Source: Acidobacteriota bacterium
Lineage (GTDB): Bacteria > Acidobacteriota > Blastocatellia > Pyrinomonadales > Pyrinomonadaceae
Direction: 5' to 3'
DNA: 64,000 nucleotides
NCBI GenBank assembly: GCA_031431415.1
Contig: JANPDK010000096.1
Coordinates: forward strand, 157 to 64,156
The notes under the pieces were generated by a model. The model had not been told where the DNA came from and ran no database searches. It saw only the letters and a list, made by a program, of their open reading frames with translations. This document shows, in pieces, positions 53,528-63,400 of this stretch. A program made the position numbers and the translations under genes. The first letter of the stretch is position 1; each line of letters begins with the position of its first letter.

Positions 53528-56500
53528 GTGAGCGAAAAAGTGGCAAATCTATCCGAGTTTATTAAAGAAGCATTTGGGTCGAATTCGACTTATGTCGAGG
53601 GCCTTCTGGAGCGATATCGCAACGATCCGAACTTGGTCGATGAGTCGTGGCAGACTTATTTTGCGGATCTTTTGAACGGCACAACGCCGACGCCGAACGG
53701 CCAGACGGCTACTCCGGCTCCCGCCGCGTCAACGCCCGCACCTGCGAAAACGCCCGTGCCTGTCGCATTGACCGCCGACACCGAGGTAAAGCCGTTGACC
53801 GGTGTCGCCAAAAAGATCGTCGAGAACATGGAGCTGAGCCTAACCGTGCCTGTTGCGACCAGTTTTCGCAACATACCGGTCAAGCTACTTGAAGAAAATC
53901 GTCGCATCATCAATGAGCATCTCGCTGCACAGGGCCGCGGCAAGGCGTCGTTCACGCACATTATCGCGTGGGCGATCGTGCAGTCGGCAAAGGCTTATCC
54001 GCATCTTAATCATGGTTTTGGCGTCGTCAATGGCGCACCTTCGCGGCTTGAGCACGAAGATGTGAATCTCGGCATCGCGATCGACATCGAGAAGAAAGAC
54101 GGCTCGCGAAATCTGCTTGTGCCGAACATTAAAGGCGGAAATCGGATGAATTTGGCCGAGTTCTTCGCCGCCTATAACGAACAGGTCAAGAAGGCTCGCG
54201 ACGGCAAGCTTGAGATCGCCGATTTTCAGGGCACGACGATTTCGCTGACCAATCCGGGCACCATCGGAACTGCCGCCTCGAACCCACGTTTGATGTCCGG
54301 CCAGAGTGCGATCATCGCCACGGGAGCTATCGAATATCCGGCCGAGTATCAGGCAATGACCGCCGGAACGCTCTCGCAACTTGGTATAAGTAAAACAGTT
54401 ACGGTCACGAGTACGTATGACCATCGCGTGATTCAGGGTGCGGAGAGCGGACTGTTTCTGGCACGTATTCACGAATATTTGACGGGACAGCACGGTTTTT
54501 ACGAGGCTATTTTTGCCGATCTCGGTATTCAGCTTTCGCCGCTTCGCTGGGCGCAGGATTACAATCCGGGACTGCTCGGCGGCGACCGCTCGAACGAGCA
54601 GGCTGAGAAACAGGCCAACGTTCTACAGCTCATCAATGCCTACCGCATCCGCGGCCATCTGCTCGCCGATATCGACCCGCTCAAGATGACGTCGCAGCAT
54701 GCGTCCGAGCTTGATCTCGAAAATTTCGGCCTGACCATCTGGGATCTCGACCGCGAATTTATCACCGGCGGTTTACATGGCGAAAAGACGGCGACGTTGC
54801 GACGCATTCTCGAGATCTTGCGCAAAGCATATTGCGGTAAGGTCGGCATCGAATATCGCCATATCCAGAGCAAGGACGAAAAGGAATGGATACGACGACA
54901 GGTCCGCGAGCAGTTCGTCGATACCCAGCCGCTTGCGGCGGATATCAAAAAGGAATTGCTGCAAAAGCTGATCGAGGCGGAGCAGTTCGAGCAGTTTCTG
55001 CACAAGAAATACCTCGGCCAGAAGCGTTTCTCGCTCGAAGGTTGCGAGACCGTCATCCCGATGCTCGACCAGCTTGTTGAGGGGGCGTCGGCACGCGGCG
55101 TCGATGAGATCTACATGGGCATGGCCCATCGTGGACGGCTCAATGTGCTTTCAAATATTATCGGCGACGCCGAAACGGGCGACATGGCCGAGCGTATCTT
55201 CACGGTTTTCGAGGGAACTTCGCACCCCGACTTCCCCGCCGACGAAGGCGACGTTAAATATCACCAAGGCGCCGAAGGCAAGAAAATCACAAAGGCTGGT
55301 AAGGAGATTTCGATCAATCTATCGTGTAACCCAAGCCATCTCGAGACCGTAAATCCGGTTGTCGAGGGCATGGTTCGTGCACGTCAGGACGAATTGCGTA
55401 ACGGTGAACAGCGGACACGCGAAGAAGTCTACGCACAGATAATGCCCGTGTTGCTTCACGGAGATGCGGCGTTTGCTGGGCAAGGCGTTGTGATGGAGAC
55501 GTTGCAGCTCGCGAGTCTGCCCGGCTATCGCACGGGCGGCACGATCCATATTGTTATTAATAACCAGATCGGATTCACGACCGGCGTTGAGAACGCCCGC
55601 AGCTCGATCTACTCGACCGACGCGGCTCAGATCACGCAGACGCCGATCTTTCATATCAACGGCGACGACCCCGAGGCCGCGTTTCGCGTGGTGCAGATCG
55701 CGATGGATTACCGTCGCGAGTTTATGAAGGACGTCGTGCTAGACCTCGTCGGTTTTCGACGACTCGGCCATAACGAGGGCGACGAACCGAGCTACACACA
55801 GCCCGTGATGTATGCCCGCGTTAAGGCGCATCCCGGCTCGCGTCATCTATACGCCCGGCAACTCATCCGCGAAGGCGTCATCACCGAAGACGACCTCGCC
55901 GCGATGACCGATAAGACGGTCGAGAAATACGAGCGAATTCTCGCCAGTGCAAAGCAGATCGCGACCGTCAAACCGGCCCGCGCCGAGCTCGCACCGGCGA
56001 TCACGGACGAAGACGGCTCGGCCGTTCTGCCGACCGGAGCTTCGGCCGATGTCCTAAAGACAGTCGCCGACAAGATCTCGCTCGTTCCCGACGCCTTTCA
56101 CATCAATCCAAAAATGGTTGGCCAGCTCGCTCGCCGTGCCAAGATGGGCGACGGCGAAGTGCCGATGGACTGGGGCTTTGCCGAAGCGATGTCGTTTGGC
56201 TCGATGGTTTTAGAGGGCCATCCGGTTCGTGTCAGCGGCCAGGACTCGGGCCGCGGAACGTTCTCGCAGCGTCATGCGTCGATGTATGACACCATGACCG
56301 GCGAACGCTGGACGCCGTTGTCGGAATTGAGAAACGAAGCTATTCCTTCCTCGAGGTTTTACGTTTTTGACAGTAATCTGAGCGAATACGCCGTGCTCGG
56401 TTTCGAATACGGTTATTCGGTCGTAAATCACACCGAATTTGTCGCGTGGGAAGCTCAATTCGGCGATTTTTCGAACGGCGCACAGATCGTCATCGACCAG

Positions 56501-57223
56501 TATATCTCTTCGAGCGAAGACAAATGGCAGCAGCGGTGCCGCCTCGTAATGCTGTTGCCCCACGGTTTTGAGGGCCAGGGCCCGGAGCACTCGTCGGCCC
56601 GACTTGAGCGATATTTGACGCTTTGTGCCGAGAATAATCTTCAGGTTTGCTACCCGACAACTCCCGCTCAGTATTTCCATCTGCTCCGCCGTCAGGTAAA
56701 GCAAGAAGCTATCCGGCCGCTGATCGTGATGACGCCAAAAAGTCTGCTGCGTCTTCCGGCGGCTAGCTCGACGATGGCGGAACTTGAGACTGGCGGCTTC
56801 CAACCAGTCATCGACGACGCCCGTATCGAAGATCGCAGCGATGTAAAACGCGTCGTCCTGTGCAGCGGAAAAGTCTATTACGATCTCGACGCCGCTAGAG
56901 AGACCGTCGCTGATGTCGCCGTCGTCCGGGTCGAACAATTCTATCCGTTCCCCGGTGAAGCGATAAAACAGATCTTTGCCTCGTACCCAAACGCCACTGA
57001 GGTCGTCTGGACGCAGGAAGAGCCGCAAAACATGGGCGGCTGGGCATTTGTCGAACCGCGTCTGCGAGCAATTTTGCCAACAGACACCACGCTCCAATAC
57101 ATCGGCCGCACCGCGTCGGCATCGCCCGCAACCGGCTCGTATGCGATCCATAATCTGGAGCAAGGCCAGCTTGTAAATGATTCGCTGAACATAACGGCGA
57201 CAGGAACGACGGCGGCGGGTTAG
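53528..57223 (+). CDS. sucA: 2-oxoglutarate dehydrogenase E1, long Kgd/OdhA type with N-terminal E2-like acyltransferase domain
   Basis: 1231 aa. N-terminal 2-oxoglutarate-dehydrogenase motif (STYVEGLLERYRNDPNLVDESW), embedded acyltransferase domain (TSTYDHRVIQGAESG), and TPP/transketolase-like E1 core. GTG start. Confidence 0.9.
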   Translation: MSEKVANLSEFIKEAFGSNSTYVEGLLERYRNDPNLVDESWQTYFADLLNGTTPTPNGQTATPAPAASTPAPAKTPVPVALTADTEVKPLTGVAKKIVENMELSLTVPVATSFRNIPVKLLEENRRIINEHLAAQGRGKASFTHIIAWAIVQSAKAYPHLNHGFGVVNGAPSRLEHEDVNLGIAIDIEKKDGSRNLLVPNIKGGNRMNLAEFFAAYNEQVKKARDGKLEIADFQGTTISLTNPGTIGTAASNPRLMSGQSAIIATGAIEYPAEYQAMTAGTLSQLGISKTVTVTSTYDHRVIQGAESGLFLARIHEYLTGQHGFYEAIFADLGIQLSPLRWAQDYNPGLLGGDRSNEQAEKQANVLQLINAYRIRGHLLADIDPLKMTSQHASELDLENFGLTIWDLDREFITGGLHGEKTATLRRILEILRKAYCGKVGIEYRHIQSKDEKEWIRRQVREQFVDTQPLAADIKKELLQKLIEAEQFEQFLHKKYLGQKRFSLEGCETVIPMLDQLVEGASARGVDEIYMGMAHRGRLNVLSNIIGDAETGDMAERIFTVFEGTSHPDFPADEGDVKYHQGAEGKKITKAGKEISINLSCNPSHLETVNPVVEGMVRARQDELRNGEQRTREEVYAQIMPVLLHGDAAFAGQGVVMETLQLASLPGYRTGGTIHIVINNQIGFTTGVENARSSIYSTDAAQITQTPIFHINGDDPEAAFRVVQIAMDYRREFMKDVVLDLVGFRRLGHNEGDEPSYTQPVMYARVKAHPGSRHLYARQLIREGVITEDDLAAMTDKTVEKYERILASAKQIATVKPARAELAPAITDEDGSAVLPTGASADVLKTVADKISLVPDAFHINPKMVGQLARRAKMGDGEVPMDWGFAEAMSFGSMVLEGHPVRVSGQDSGRGTFSQRHASMYDTMTGERWTPLSELRNEAIPSSRFYVFDSNLSEYAVLGFEYGYSVVNHTEFVAWEAQFGDFSNGAQIVIDQYISSSEDKWQQRCRLVMLLPHGFEGQGPEHSSARLERYLTLCAENNLQVCYPTTPAQYFHLLRRQVKQEAIRPLIVMTPKSLLRLPAASSTMAELETGGFQPVIDDARIEDRSDVKRVVLCSGKVYYDLDAARETVADVAVVRVEQFYPFPGEAIKQIFASYPNATEVVWTQEEPQNMGGWAFVEPRLRAILPTDTTLQYIGRTASASPATGSYAIHNLEQGQLVNDSLNITATGTTAAG

Positions 57224-57247
57224 TATCTGACTTTGAGAGGAACGTTC

Positions 57248-58360
57248 ATGAAATACCTACGACTTTTGACGATCACTATCGCGTTCTCACTTTTGATCTC
57301 GCTAGTTCTGGCGTGTCAATCGAAGATGGTCAGTAGCGAAGAATCCAATACTCCGCAACCGGCCGCGACGCCGCGTAATAATGATCCGATCACGATCGTT
57401 GGCGTCGGCGACATCATGATGGCGTCGCCGTTCCCGAATGACAGCCGTATGCCGCCGAATGACGGGGCTGATCTGCTCAAGGATTTCACGCCGATCTTGT
57501 CGGCGGCGGATATCGCGTTTGGCAATCTCGAGGGGCCGATCATCGATAGCGGCATGTCGGCCAAATGCCGTCCTGGTTCGACGCAGTGTTTCGCATTTCG
57601 AACGCCGACGCGTTACGGCAAGTATCTGAAAGCTGCGGGATTTGACGTGATGAGCGTTGCCAATAATCACGCCGGAGATTTTGGACTCGCGGGACGCGTC
57701 AGCACTCAGAAAGTTCTCGACGAACAAGGCATCAAATACGCTGGCAGCCTTGAGCCTATGGTGACGACGACTTATCTTGAGGCCAAGGGCAAAAAAGTCG
57801 CCTTCATCGGCTTCGGCCACAACAACGGAATGCCAAACGTTAACGATCTGGAAGGCGCGCGTCAGCTTGTGACCGAGGCCGCAAAGAAAGCGGATCTCGT
57901 TGTTGTATCGTTTCACGGCGGAGCCGAGGGCACCAATGCCCAACATGTGCCAAACCGCTCCGAGATCTTCCTTGGCGAAAATCGCGGCAATCTTCCCGCT
58001 TTCACTCACACCGTCATCGACGCTGGTGCGGATCTCGTCCTCGGCCACGGCCCGCACGTCATGCGCGGTATGGAGCTATACAAAGATCGCCTCGTTATGT
58101 ACAGCCTCGGCAATTTCTGCACCTACGGCTGGTTCCAGCTCGCGGGCGAAACTGCTCTGACAATGGCCCTCGAGGTCAAGGTCGCAGCCGATGGTAAGTT
58201 CCTCAGCGGCAAAATTCACTCCGGCCGCCAAGAAGGCCGCGGCATCCCCGTCCTCGACAAATCAAACGAAGGCCTCCGCGTCGTCCGAAATCTCTCGGAA
58301 ATGGACTTCGCGACGAATGCACCAAAGATCGCAGATGACGGGATGATCACAGTGAAATAA
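57248..58360 (+). CDS. CapA-family (PGA_cap) metallophosphatase-like lipoprotein
   Basis: Lipobox LVLAC, plus VGVGDIMM and NNHAGDFG motifs. Confidence 0.8.
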   Translation: MKYLRLLTITIAFSLLISLVLACQSKMVSSEESNTPQPAATPRNNDPITIVGVGDIMMASPFPNDSRMPPNDGADLLKDFTPILSAADIAFGNLEGPIIDSGMSAKCRPGSTQCFAFRTPTRYGKYLKAAGFDVMSVANNHAGDFGLAGRVSTQKVLDEQGIKYAGSLEPMVTTTYLEAKGKKVAFIGFGHNNGMPNVNDLEGARQLVTEAAKKADLVVVSFHGGAEGTNAQHVPNRSEIFLGENRGNLPAFTHTVIDAGADLVLGHGPHVMRGMELYKDRLVMYSLGNFCTYGWFQLAGETALTMALEVKVAADGKFLSGKIHSGRQEGRGIPVLDKSNEGLRVVRNLSEMDFATNAPKIADDGMITVK

Positions 58361-58375
58361 CACATTTCTAACGGA

Positions 58376-60277
58376 TCAGTCGAGATTTGCGCGTTGGAGA
58401 ACGTCCTTAAATTGCGGGGCACCGTGAAGATTGCGAAAGAGGGCGTCGCTCTTGAGCGAAACTATCAGGAAATCGCGTTCGTCGAGAGCTTGGTTGAGGT
58501 ATTTGATCGCAGCCGATGTTTCGCCGAGACCGTTATGTATGATCGCAAAATTGTATGGCGACACGTAACCACTGAGAGCCGGTTTTTTGAGGTCCGCCAA
58601 TATTTGCCGCGCCTCGGCTTTTCTGCCGACTCGCACAAGAACGTAAGCCAGATTCGATCGCATGTAAATACTCTGATTGGACGCGCCGACCGCCTTTTGC
58701 GCACAATCGAGGGCGTTTTGCAGGTCCCCTCTTAGCAAAAATCCACGTGACCTATAGTGCAATGCCCACGGAAAACCGGGGTCCATTTTCAAAACCTTCT
58801 CCGTTACGGCCAATCCCCTCTCAATTTCGCCTGCACGCAACAACGGTAACGCCATAGCATTGTTTGCGGAAAGCGATGTCGGATCCAGTTCGCTGGCTTT
58901 TTGCATTTGAACAATGCTCTCGTCGGTGCGCAGCATCAGGGCGAGAAATTCGCCATACCATTGCCGAACGACCGCGTTATTTCCATCCAGATCGATAGCT
59001 CTGAGGTATTCACTCTCAGTGCCAGCCCAGTCAAAGTCGTACTGCAATTTCACCTGTGCGAGCGCCGCGTGGGCGTCTGCGAGATCGGCGTCGAGCTGCA
59101 AAGCCCGGTTCGCCGAGACCTTTGCCATCGGAAAGGCTGTGGGGTCGTGGGTCGTGCCAAAGAGGTTAAGTAACACGAATGTTTGAGCCAGCCCCGAATG
59201 AGCCAATGCAAAATCAGGGTCAAGTTCGATCGACTTATTAAAGTGTTCTATGGCCCGCTGAAAACCTTCGGCGGTACGCTTATTCCAGAAATAGCGACCC
59301 TGTAGATATCGCTGGTATGCTTCGGTATTAGAAGTAGTGCGTCGGTTGAATTTCGCCGCTTCGAAATCGTCCATCTGCAGGGCGAGCGACCTAACTACCT
59401 TTTGACTGATCGAATCCTGAACCGTAAAGAAATTTGTAAAGTCATCGTCAAAATTTTCTGTCCAGATCGTAACATTATCGGACGTCCGGATCAGTTGAAC
59501 GCTGACGCGTATTCGTTTATCGATACGCTGTATCCGTCCGTCGAGGACAGCGTCGACCCGTAGTTCGCTTCCGATCTTGCCTGCTTCCTCGTTGCTGTCG
59601 GCATATTTCAGAACCGTTCGGGTCGGACGTACGGTTATCTGCTTTAACGAACCGAATTTATTTGCCAATGCATCGGCAAAACTGATGCCCAGGTATTTCT
59701 CGGTTTGATCCGCGCTCAGATCATCGAACGGCAATATGGCGATGGAGCGTATCTCGCCTAACGAAGCCGGTTTTGACGATGGAAAAAACCAGTAAAAGCC
59801 CGCCGCAAGAGTCAATCCGGCTGCTACGGCAAGTGCGAGAAGTTTGACCTTTGATCTTCGATCTTTGAGCGGTGGATTTTCATAACTAACGGGGAGCGGG
59901 TCGGACAGGAAGGTTTCGTCCAATATTCCGTCTTCGGAATTTGGTTCCGCTACGTCGCAGATGAACTGATACCCGCGGCCCGGAACCGTCAAAATAAATC
60001 GCGGTTCTCTGGTGTCATCGCCGAGTGCCTTGCGCAGCACAAAAACGGTCTGAGTTAGATTGGCCTGCTCGACGATCGAACCGGCCCACACGGTATCAAG
60101 CAATTCATCCTTGGTCAACAACCGGCCTTTGGCAACCACCAGCGCGGTCAAAAACTCGACTACCTTGTTTGCAAGCGGAATAAACTCGCCGTTGTCACGG
60201 CGGTAGAGCCGATGGCGTTTCGCATCAAGGCGAAACTCATCAAACTCAAATATCCGTGATTCGTTGAGCCTCTGCAT
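58376..60277 (-). CDS. CadC/ToxR-like membrane-spanning winged-helix regulator with periplasmic TPR domain
   Basis: N-terminal OmpR/CadC-type DNA-binding domain (FEFDEFRLDAKRHRLYRRDNGEFIPL..TVPGRGYQF), one TM helix (LLALAVAAGLTLAAGFYWFF), and C-terminal TPR repeats. Confidence 0.85.
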   Translation of the reverse strand: MQRLNESRIFEFDEFRLDAKRHRLYRRDNGEFIPLANKVVEFLTALVVAKGRLLTKDELLDTVWAGSIVEQANLTQTVFVLRKALGDDTREPRFILTVPGRGYQFICDVAEPNSEDGILDETFLSDPLPVSYENPPLKDRRSKVKLLALAVAAGLTLAAGFYWFFPSSKPASLGEIRSIAILPFDDLSADQTEKYLGISFADALANKFGSLKQITVRPTRTVLKYADSNEEAGKIGSELRVDAVLDGRIQRIDKRIRVSVQLIRTSDNVTIWTENFDDDFTNFFTVQDSISQKVVRSLALQMDDFEAAKFNRRTTSNTEAYQRYLQGRYFWNKRTAEGFQRAIEHFNKSIELDPDFALAHSGLAQTFVLLNLFGTTHDPTAFPMAKVSANRALQLDADLADAHAALAQVKLQYDFDWAGTESEYLRAIDLDGNNAVVRQWYGEFLALMLRTDESIVQMQKASELDPTSLSANNAMALPLLRAGEIERGLAVTEKVLKMDPGFPWALHYRSRGFLLRGDLQNALDCAQKAVGASNQSIYMRSNLAYVLVRVGRKAEARQILADLKKPALSGYVSPYNFAIIHNGLGETSAAIKYLNQALDERDFLIVSLKSDALFRNLHGAPQFKDVLQRANLD

Positions 60278-60291
60278 AGCTTTGCTGAGAA

Positions 60292-60328
60292 TTGAGAACT
60301 ATTGAGACTAGTCTTGAGGATTTTTGAG
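60292..60328 (+). promoter_or_regulatory. four phased TTGAG direct repeats in a divergent promoter region
   Basis: TTGAG at 60292, 60302, 60314 and 60324 (spacing 10, 12, 10 bp), between the CadC-like regulator start (60277) and the Kelch-like gene start (60416). Confidence 0.4.
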
Positions 60329-60415
60329 GTCAGGTCAAGCAATACTGGACACTGAGAGAAATAAAGTTCAAATCGTGCTAGTACCGCGATTATGCCGGAG
60401 GCTGAGATAAATAAA

Positions 60416-63400
60416 ATGCAACAAATTTTTTCGAGAACGCGACGGACTTTTTCTCCAATATTCTTGTTAAAATGTTTGATAATTGTTTCTCTGGTCGTGC
60501 CCACAACGGGCTGTGTAAATATTCCCTATCTTATTTGTATTATCTTTGGCGCACCCGGAGAGAAGTGCAAAGAACTATCACCTCAACTAAACCAGAATCC
60601 TCCGGAATCTCAAGTATGCGGAGGCTTTGATCGCCGATTTTACGGATCGGGGGTTCGCGACAATTCTTTTTACCATTCTCCGTCAATCGCGGCAATGGCG
60701 GTGGACGAAAGCGGTAATATTTTCGTCGGAGGTAGATTTACCTCCATTGACAATGTCGTCACGTATAACATCGCTCGTTACGACATCGCCACTGACAGCT
60801 GGTCGGCACTTGCGGGTAACGGATTGAGGGAGTTTGGCGGCCCATATGTTACTGTCGAGGCGATGGCGATCAAGGGCAACGACTTGTTCGTCGGCGGGCG
60901 TTTTTCGGAAACCTTCGATGGCTCGACCACAAATCTGACCAACATTGCCCGCTATGACCTTGCCGCAAAAGCATGGCACCCGCTCACTGGCGGCGGCATC
61001 CACTACGCCTTGAACAACGGCAATGTCAATGCGCTGGCAATCTCAGGCAACGATCTGTATGTCGGCGGCCTGTTCAAGAGAACCGCTGATGACGTAACGT
61101 TGAATCTGAACAACATCGCCCGCTACAATTTTCCTGCCAATCCGGCCAATCCGGGCACCTGGACGGCTCTCACGGGCAATGGCCTGGGCCAGGGCTTTTC
61201 CGGCTCTGTCAGCGCGTTGGCAATTTCCGGTAACGGCACCGATCTCTTCGTTGGCGGGGAATTTACACAGAGCCATAATGGCACGACAACAAATCTGAAT
61301 AACATCGCCCGTTACGCCCTTACAGGCGTGAACGCAAACACTTGGTCGGCACTCGCGGGTAACGGGCTTAGTGACGGCTCTGGAGGCTTTGTCAGCGCGC
61401 TCGCAATTTCGGGCAACGATCTGTTTGTCGGCGGTAGCTTTACGCGAACGCACAACGGCGCGACGCTGAATTTGAATAATATCGCGCGCTTCGATATTGG
61501 GGCCAATGGCTGGTTTCGTCTCGCTGGCAACGGCCTGTCAAACACGGGTTTCGGTGGCTATGTCTTTTCGCTCGCAATCCATGGCAGCGTTTTATATGTC
61601 GGCGGCATTTTTTCACAAACCGCCGATGGCACCACCCTAACAAACATCAACCGCATCGCCCGCTACGCGTTTCCCGCCAACCCGGCCACACTCGGTTCAT
61701 GGTCATCACTACAAGGCACCGGTTTGGACAGTACTGTTAGCTCGATCGCGATCGTAGGCAATCAATTGTTTGTTGGAGGGCTTTTTAAGCAAACAGCCAA
61801 CGGTGTTACGAAAAATCTCAATAGTGTTGCACGTTATCAGATTTCGTTTAACAGTTGGTCGGCCTTAGGCCCGAACAACGGTATCGCGCTTGATGACGCC
61901 GTTAATGCGGTCGCGGTTCACGAAAACGGCAACATTTACGTAGGCGGCAGCTTTACGAAAACACTGGACGGAGCGATCACGAATCTAAATCACATCGCCC
62001 GCTTCAATGTTGCAACCAACGCATGGGAACCGCTTGCGGCGAGCGGGCTGAACGGCAATGTCCATGCCCTCGAATTTATCGGCGACAACCTATATGTCGG
62101 AGGCGATTTTACAATGACCGTCGACGGCGTACCTATTAGTCTGAACCGCATAGCCCGCTACAACACCGTGTCTAATACCTGGTTTCCCCTCACGGGCAGT
62201 GTGCCGAACGGCAACGGGTTAAACAACTCGGTCTTTGCGCTGGAAAAATCCGGTGACAACTTGTACATCGGCGGCACCTTTATGCAAACTATCGGCGACA
62301 CGCCGACGACTCTGAACCGTATTGGCCACTATAACAACGCTACCAACACCTGGTCGCCACTCACGGGCAGCGCGATGAACGGCAACGGATTAAACAATTC
62401 TGTTCATGCTCTCGCCGTCTCCGGTAACAATTTGTTCGTCGGCGGCATGTTCAGTCAGACATTCAATGGCGAACCACCCGATTTGAACCACATCGCCCGC
62501 TACGATATAGCCAACAACACTTGGGCGGCAACGACACATAACGGACTGGACGGTCCAGTTTATGCGTTGTACGCCAACGGCAGCAATCTGTTAGCCCGCG
62601 GCGATTTTACCCAAACCTTTGACGGAGAGAAAAGTCTCGACAAGCTCGCCCATTACGACATTTCGAACAGTCTCTGGACGGCTTTGCCTGACCAGAAGGA
62701 CGAAGTTTATCAGGCGGCAACTTTGGCGAGCGCGATGCAGCCTTCCGGCACGGATTTGGCGATCGGCGGTACCTTTGAACAGTTGAGCTGCGGACCGGCG
62801 AAGTCATTCACCCGCATCTATTTTCAGCAATCAACCGTCGGCGCGGTAGCATCTTCCACAAATCTCATCCCGGATTGGCACAACGGCGCAAATTGGACGA
62901 TGGGAACTGTGCCCGCCGCAAATTCAAACGCCGTCATCGGCGCGGGCGCGGGCAACGTCGGCATCACGTCCGCCGATGTCACGATGAATGATTTTATGCT
63001 CAACGGCGGAACGCTGACCATCGGCGCCGGCAGGACGCTGACGATCAACGGCATCCTTGGTTTGAACGGCGGCACGATCAACGGCCCCGGTACGGTTGTG
63101 ATAACAAACTGCAAACAAGACGGAATTATGGGCGGCGACGCGGCGAGTTATATCCAAACCTCACTCGTCCGTTGTGTAAACAACACGGGAACCTTTAATT
63201 TCCCCGTTGGTACGGCAAATGGTTATTCTCCGGTTACGGTCAGAGACATCACCGGGACCGGGAACATTTTGGTAAAAGCGAATCAAGGCGCGTACACTGC
63301 GACGGCAAACGGCCTGCCCGTAAATCGGCTGGGGCGCTGGTGGCAGGTTGAGAATACCGGCGGCGGGGTGACAAGTGCCGATCTTGTATTTAATTATCTA

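Noticed and set aside
60230-60250. ACTCA words inside the regulator coding region as the left arm of a palindrome pairing with the TTGAG repeats
   Set aside because: They encode the family-typical FEFDEFRLD motif of CadC/OmpR-type DNA-binding domains, so coding constraint explains them.
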